Source: an uncultured delta proteobacterium (GTDB taxonomy: Bacteria > Myxococcota_A > Polyangia > Fen-1088). From it: a DNA stretch of 64,000 nt. The notes beneath the pieces were generated by a model. The model was given only the letters and a program-made list of their open reading frames with translations, was not told where the DNA came from and made no database searches. Of the stretch, positions 60,204 through 64,000 are shown one piece after another. The stretch lies in assembly GCA_963796685.1 (NCBI GenBank), contig CAWCMR010000003.1, positions 31,759 to 95,758 on the forward strand. The letters run 5' to 3'. The translations under genes were made by a program, and so were the position numbers. Position 1 is the stretch's first letter, and each line of letters begins with the position of its first letter.

Positions 60204-61946
60204 ATGAGCGACGTCAATCTGATCATCAACGACCTGCCGGTGAGCGTTCCCGCCGGCTCGACGATCCTCGAAGCCGCGCAGGCGCTGAGCATCCGCATCC
60301 CCACCCTGTGCTACGACAAGCAGCTCACGGTGTCGGGCGCCTGCCGCATGTGCGTGGTGGAGGTCGCCAATCCCAAGGGCTCCACGCGGCTCGAGCCGTC
60401 GTGCTCGTTTCCCGTGCAAGAAGGAATGCGGGTGCGCACCAACACGCGCGAGCTGCGCGATGCCCGCCGCACCATCATCGAGCTGATCCTGGCCAACCAT
60501 CCGCGCGCTTGCCAGACCTGCATTCGCAACCAGCGCTGCAACCTGCAGGACGCCTGTCGCGAATACGGCATCGACAAGATCCGTTACGAAGGGGAAAAGC
60601 GGCACCATGCCATCGATACCTCCTCGGTGGCCATCACGCGCCACCCCGACTACTGCATCCTGTGCGGCAAGTGCGTGAAGGTCTGCAAGGAAGTGCAGGG
60701 CGTGTACGCGCTGGATTTCGTCAACCGCGGCTTTTCGACCACGGTGCTGCCGCCCTTCGATCGCGACCTCGCCGACACGGTCTGCGTGTTGTGTGGGCAG
60801 TGCTTGCTCAAGTGTCCGGTCGCAGCCATCCGCGACAAGAGCTACATCAAGATGGTTGCCGATGCGCTGGAAGATCCGGACAAGATCGTCACCGTTCAAA
60901 TCGCACCCTCGGTGCGGGCCACCGTAGGCGAGCTCTTCGGCCTTCCCCCGGGCGTGTCGGTGACCCGCAAACTGCCGACCGCGCTTCGTCGCATCGGTTT
61001 CAAGTACATCTTCGACACCGATTTCGGCGCCGACATGGCGGTCATGGAGGAAGGCCACGAGCTCGTGGCGCGCCTGCAGAAGGGCGGGCCGTATCCGCTC
61101 ATCACCAGCTGCTCCCCGGGCTGGGTGAAGTTCATGGAGCACTTCTTCCCCGAGTTCATTCCGAACACGTCTTCGGTCAAGTCGCCGCAGCAGATTCTCG
61201 GCGTGCTGACCAAGACGTTCTTCGCCGAGCGCAACGGCATCGATCGCAAGAAGCTCTTCAACGTCTCGATCATGCCGTGCTCGGCCAAGAAGTTCGAGAT
61301 CCAGCGCCCCGAACACCGCCTGGACGACGGCACCCCCGAGGTGGACGCGGTTCTGACCACGCGCGAGCTCGGCGACTTGCTCAAGATGCACGACATCGAC
61401 CTCCCGTCGCTGCCCGAGTCGGCCTTCGACCCCATCCTGGGCGACACCACGGGCGCGGGCCTGATCTTCGGCGTGACCGGCGGCATGATGGAGGCCGCGC
61501 TGCGCACGGTGGCCGCGGTGATGGATCCGCACACCGAGCCGCGCATGGAGTATTCGGTCTTGCGCGGCACCGGCGGCATCAAACGCGGGTCGGTGCTGAT
61601 CGGCGAGCGCGAGATCAAGCTGTGCGCCGTGCACGGGCTGGCCAACGCGCGCAAGATCCTCGATGACATCCGCGCCGGCCGCGAGGAAATCCACTTCCTG
61701 GAGGTCATGGCCTGTCCCGGCGGCTGCATCGGCGGCGGCGGTCAACCCTTGCCCACCGACGAAGAGACCCGCCGCAGGCGCATCGAAGCCATGTACGCCG
61801 AGGATCGCGGCATGCCCATTCGGCAATCGCACAAGAACCCGGCCATCCGCACGGTGTACGACGAGTTCCTGGGCGAGCCCTGCGGCGAGAAGGCGCACCA
61901 CCTCCTGCACACGCACTACGCCGCCCGCTCGCCGCGCGGATTCTAA
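60204..61946 (+). CDS. hydA: [FeFe]-hydrogenase catalytic subunit, group A3 architecture
   Basis: IPTLC, full F-domain, TSCSPGW, MPCSAKKFE, EVMACPGGC.GGGGQP and LLHTHY. Confidence 0.93.
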   Translation: MSDVNLIINDLPVSVPAGSTILEAAQALSIRIPTLCYDKQLTVSGACRMCVVEVANPKGSTRLEPSCSFPVQEGMRVRTNTRELRDARRTIIELILANHPRACQTCIRNQRCNLQDACREYGIDKIRYEGEKRHHAIDTSSVAITRHPDYCILCGKCVKVCKEVQGVYALDFVNRGFSTTVLPPFDRDLADTVCVLCGQCLLKCPVAAIRDKSYIKMVADALEDPDKIVTVQIAPSVRATVGELFGLPPGVSVTRKLPTALRRIGFKYIFDTDFGADMAVMEEGHELVARLQKGGPYPLITSCSPGWVKFMEHFFPEFIPNTSSVKSPQQILGVLTKTFFAERNGIDRKKLFNVSIMPCSAKKFEIQRPEHRLDDGTPEVDAVLTTRELGDLLKMHDIDLPSLPESAFDPILGDTTGAGLIFGVTGGMMEAALRTVAAVMDPHTEPRMEYSVLRGTGGIKRGSVLIGEREIKLCAVHGLANARKILDDIRAGREEIHFLEVMACPGGCIGGGGQPLPTDEETRRRRIEAMYAEDRGMPIRQSHKNPAIRTVYDEFLGEPCGEKAHHLLHTHYAARSPRGF

Positions 61947-62051
61947 CCCCACACACTGCCATCGACAGTCAGCGCGACATCCTCAGCCGACGGTCTTCAG
62001 GCGACCGGACGGAAACCTGGGGAAGGACAGGGGGCGCCGGTCGACAGGCTA

Positions 62052-62417
62052 CTAGCGGCCAGCCCCCAACCACCTAGCGACGATGTCCCCAAAACCCCAC
62101 GCCAGCGTGCCGACGACGCTCGAGATGGTCAAGAATACCTTCTCCTTGTTCTGCCAGTCCAGCATCGACGCAACTGCCGCTCGCACACGGGCGATCTCAG
62201 CCTCGGGGCTTTGCGTTGGCAGCTTCACCTCCAGCGCCTTCTCCGCAGTTCCACGTCCCAAGAAGAGCGTCCAGAACGAAATCGCCACAGCAATTGCTCC
62301 TCCCCGCCCTCCGTCGCTCGCGCTCCCCGAGCTGACAACTGCGTACAGGACACCGCCTGCGGACGCCACAATCGCTGCAAACATCGTTAGCCACAGCTTC
62401 CAGGTGCCGTGTGACAT
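62052..62417 (-). CDS. Small membrane protein (about 3 TM helices)
   Basis: Three hydrophobic segments; starts 2 bp after the upstream gene. Confidence 0.7.
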   Translation of the reverse strand: MSHGTWKLWLTMFAAIVASAGGVLYAVVSSGSASDGGRGGAIAVAISFWTLFLGRGTAEKALEVKLPTQSPEAEIARVRAAVASMLDWQNKEKVFLTISSVVGTLAWGFGDIVARWLGAGR

Positions 62418-62419
62418 GG

Positions 62420-62830
62420 TTACTTCGCCTCTTTCTTCTTCCCCACCGCTGTCCTAACGATCTCATCGAGACGGTCCTGAAGTGAGTGAGGTGCCTTTGA
62501 AAATAGCATCGCAATGACTTGAGCACCATCCTTGCTGACCTGAAAGACACCACGCCAAGGGCCCACGGTCAGATGGTGATAGCCTTCGAGCGGAGCTCGG
62601 CCGTGTCTTAGCCCAGGCAGCGAATGGAACGACCCCTTTCGTAGATGCAGCTCGACCTTCTCACAGAACTCCTCCAGCGCCTCCAACTCCTTGATGGCGG
62701 CCGAAACACGCGGCTCGGCTCCTCGTACCTTGGTTGAAGCGTCCTCGAAGGCTTTTTGGCAATCCCTGAAGGCCTCGTCAAGCGGCCGACGGTATGACGC
62801 TACATCCTCTCGCAGGTACGTGATCGTCAC
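62420..62830 (-). CDS. Putative RelE/ParE-fold toxin
   Basis: LEGYHHLTVGPWRGVFQV....VIAMLF resembles the RelE pattern L.G.Y.LRVG.YR..F. Confidence 0.5.
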   Translation of the reverse strand: MTITYLREDVASYRRPLDEAFRDCQKAFEDASTKVRGAEPRVSAAIKELEALEEFCEKVELHLRKGSFHSLPGLRHGRAPLEGYHHLTVGPWRGVFQVSKDGAQVIAMLFSKAPHSLQDRLDEIVRTAVGKKKEAK

Positions 62831-62839
62831 CGCTGATGC

Positions 62840-63286
62840 CTACCGCTCGCGCGAGCTCCCTTTTCCCTCTTCGCGGAGCCTTCTGAGGGCTCCTTTGGCT
62901 CCCTCGACGATGGGTCTCCTCTCTCTGGTCCAAGCATCTGCCGTCATGGGCTCACTCATCTCCAGCTCGCCCTTCTTGAACTGCTCCAATTTCAGATTCA
63001 GGAAGGCGGCGGTCACCGCGTCAGTCTCATCCTCGTCGTTCTCCAATCCGATCTCGAATCGGTTTCCGATTCGCCGCACCCGGATAGACGACTCCATCCC
63101 CTCTCCGCTCAGCAATACGACTGACTGACCGCCATCGAATTCGATCGTCGCCGCTGCCAGATGGTCAGCCGGGTTCCCGAGCTTCTCACGGAGCGGCTTC
63201 TTGAGGGTCGCAGTCATCGACCCTCCCTTGGTGTTGACCTTCAAGTCTGCAGTAGCCGTTACATCTCCAGTGATGGAGTTTCTCAT
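62840..63286 (-). CDS. Putative AbrB/MazE-fold DNA-binding protein (antitoxin-like)
   Basis: KVNTKGGSMTATLKKPLREKLG swapped-hairpin pattern; acidic C-terminal half; GAGGTG RBS before the ATG at 63286. Confidence 0.5.
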   Translation of the reverse strand: MRNSITGDVTATADLKVNTKGGSMTATLKKPLREKLGNPADHLAAATIEFDGGQSVVLLSGEGMESSIRVRRIGNRFEIGLENDEDETDAVTAAFLNLKLEQFKKGELEMSEPMTADAWTRERRPIVEGAKGALRRLREEGKGSSRER

Positions 63287-63320
63287 TGTGCACCTCGACA
63301 ACTAAGTAGAGTCTAGCAGG

Positions 63321-63340
63321 AAGTTCCAGAAAGTTCCAGA
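63321..63340. promoter_or_regulatory. Tandem 10-bp direct repeat upstream of the AbrB-like gene
   Basis: AAGTTCCAGA twice, next to a minus-strand TAGACT -10-like hexamer (63310-63315). Confidence 0.5.
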
Positions 63341-63474
63341 TAGTCATCAGCGCGTTCGGCAAACTCGACAGCCATACCGCTTGCCGTCCAGCAAAAACTC
63401 GGTACGAAGTCGAACCGAGCACAGTTTTGTCCGGAATTCATCGGTGATCGCCTCGTGGTAGGTATTTTCCCTCG

Positions 63475-63620
63475 ATGCTTGTCGAAATCCTCAAGACCGT
63501 GCTGAGCGCACTGCGTTCTGTCTTCCAGTCCTGCGCCGCGCTCCTGGAGGAGAATGTCGTCCTTCGCCAGCAGGTCATCGTTTTGCAACGTTCCGTGCCA
63601 AAGCCTGCTTGGAACCGACG
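63475..63620 (+). mobile_element. N-terminal fragment of an integrase-core (IS-type) transposase
   Basis: L.EN..LRQQ..VL.R..PKP N-terminal pattern; similarity ends abruptly. Confidence 0.6.
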
Positions 63621-63659
63621 CCACGTGCGAGCAATGTTGCCAAGAATGTTGCCCATGAC

Positions 63660-63878
63660 GTTGCAGTCTTTCAGCGCCTTGGCTAGGTGCTTGTCATCGG
63701 GGCGGAAGCGACCAGGTCGCGCGGCCGATGGCGCCGTCTTGGCGAACGCTCGCTCCTTGTGGAGGCTGGCAGCGAAGTAGATCTACGTGGTCTCGACCGA
63801 CTCGTGACCAAGCCAGAGCGCGATCACCGAGCTGTCGACACCGGCTTGAAGGAGATCCATCGCCGTCGAGTGCCGCCT
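63660..63878 (-). pseudogene. Tyrosine recombinase C-terminal fragment with internal stop
   Basis: Manual translation RHSTAMDLLQAGVDSSVIALWLGHESVETT*IY...PGRFRPDD; TAG at 63783-63785. Confidence 0.8.
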
Positions 63879-64000
63879 ATGTTGTCAGCAAGAGCATAGG
63901 CAAAAGAAGCCCCCTTTTGCCTTCACCAGCAAAAACGCCGATAACCGATCTTCTGTAAACTACACCCACCTACATGCTCAGGCTATCCCCTATACCCAGG

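Overview
High-GC bacterial DNA. MYXO-CTERM sorting tails, Gly/Ser/Thr-rich lipoprotein linkers and Cys-rich surface proteins point to Myxococcota (Polyangia-like); this taxon call is inference. The window mixes four kinds of content. (i) Anaerobic redox genes: the end of hdrA, mvhD, metV, qNor, an iorAB-paaK-ACT-aminotransferase operon, rex with visible Rex boxes, two group A3 [FeFe]-hydrogenase sets and a sensory [FeFe]-hydrogenase fused to a histidine kinase. (ii) Secreted hemicellulases: two GH30, GH43-CBM6, GH8, a GH28-like enzyme and an esterase. (iii) Two paralogous TPR + Cys-rich lipoprotein modules, and a cassette of outer-membrane barrel, ECF sigma, anti-sigma and GH8. (iv) At the right end, an AbrB-like/RelE-like/membrane-protein triplet beside decayed mobile-element fragments. 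Several genes carry single frameshifts, probably long-read indel errors, and several short gene relics are visible. No rRNA, tRNA or CRISPR array was seen. All family calls come from motif reading, not database searches.
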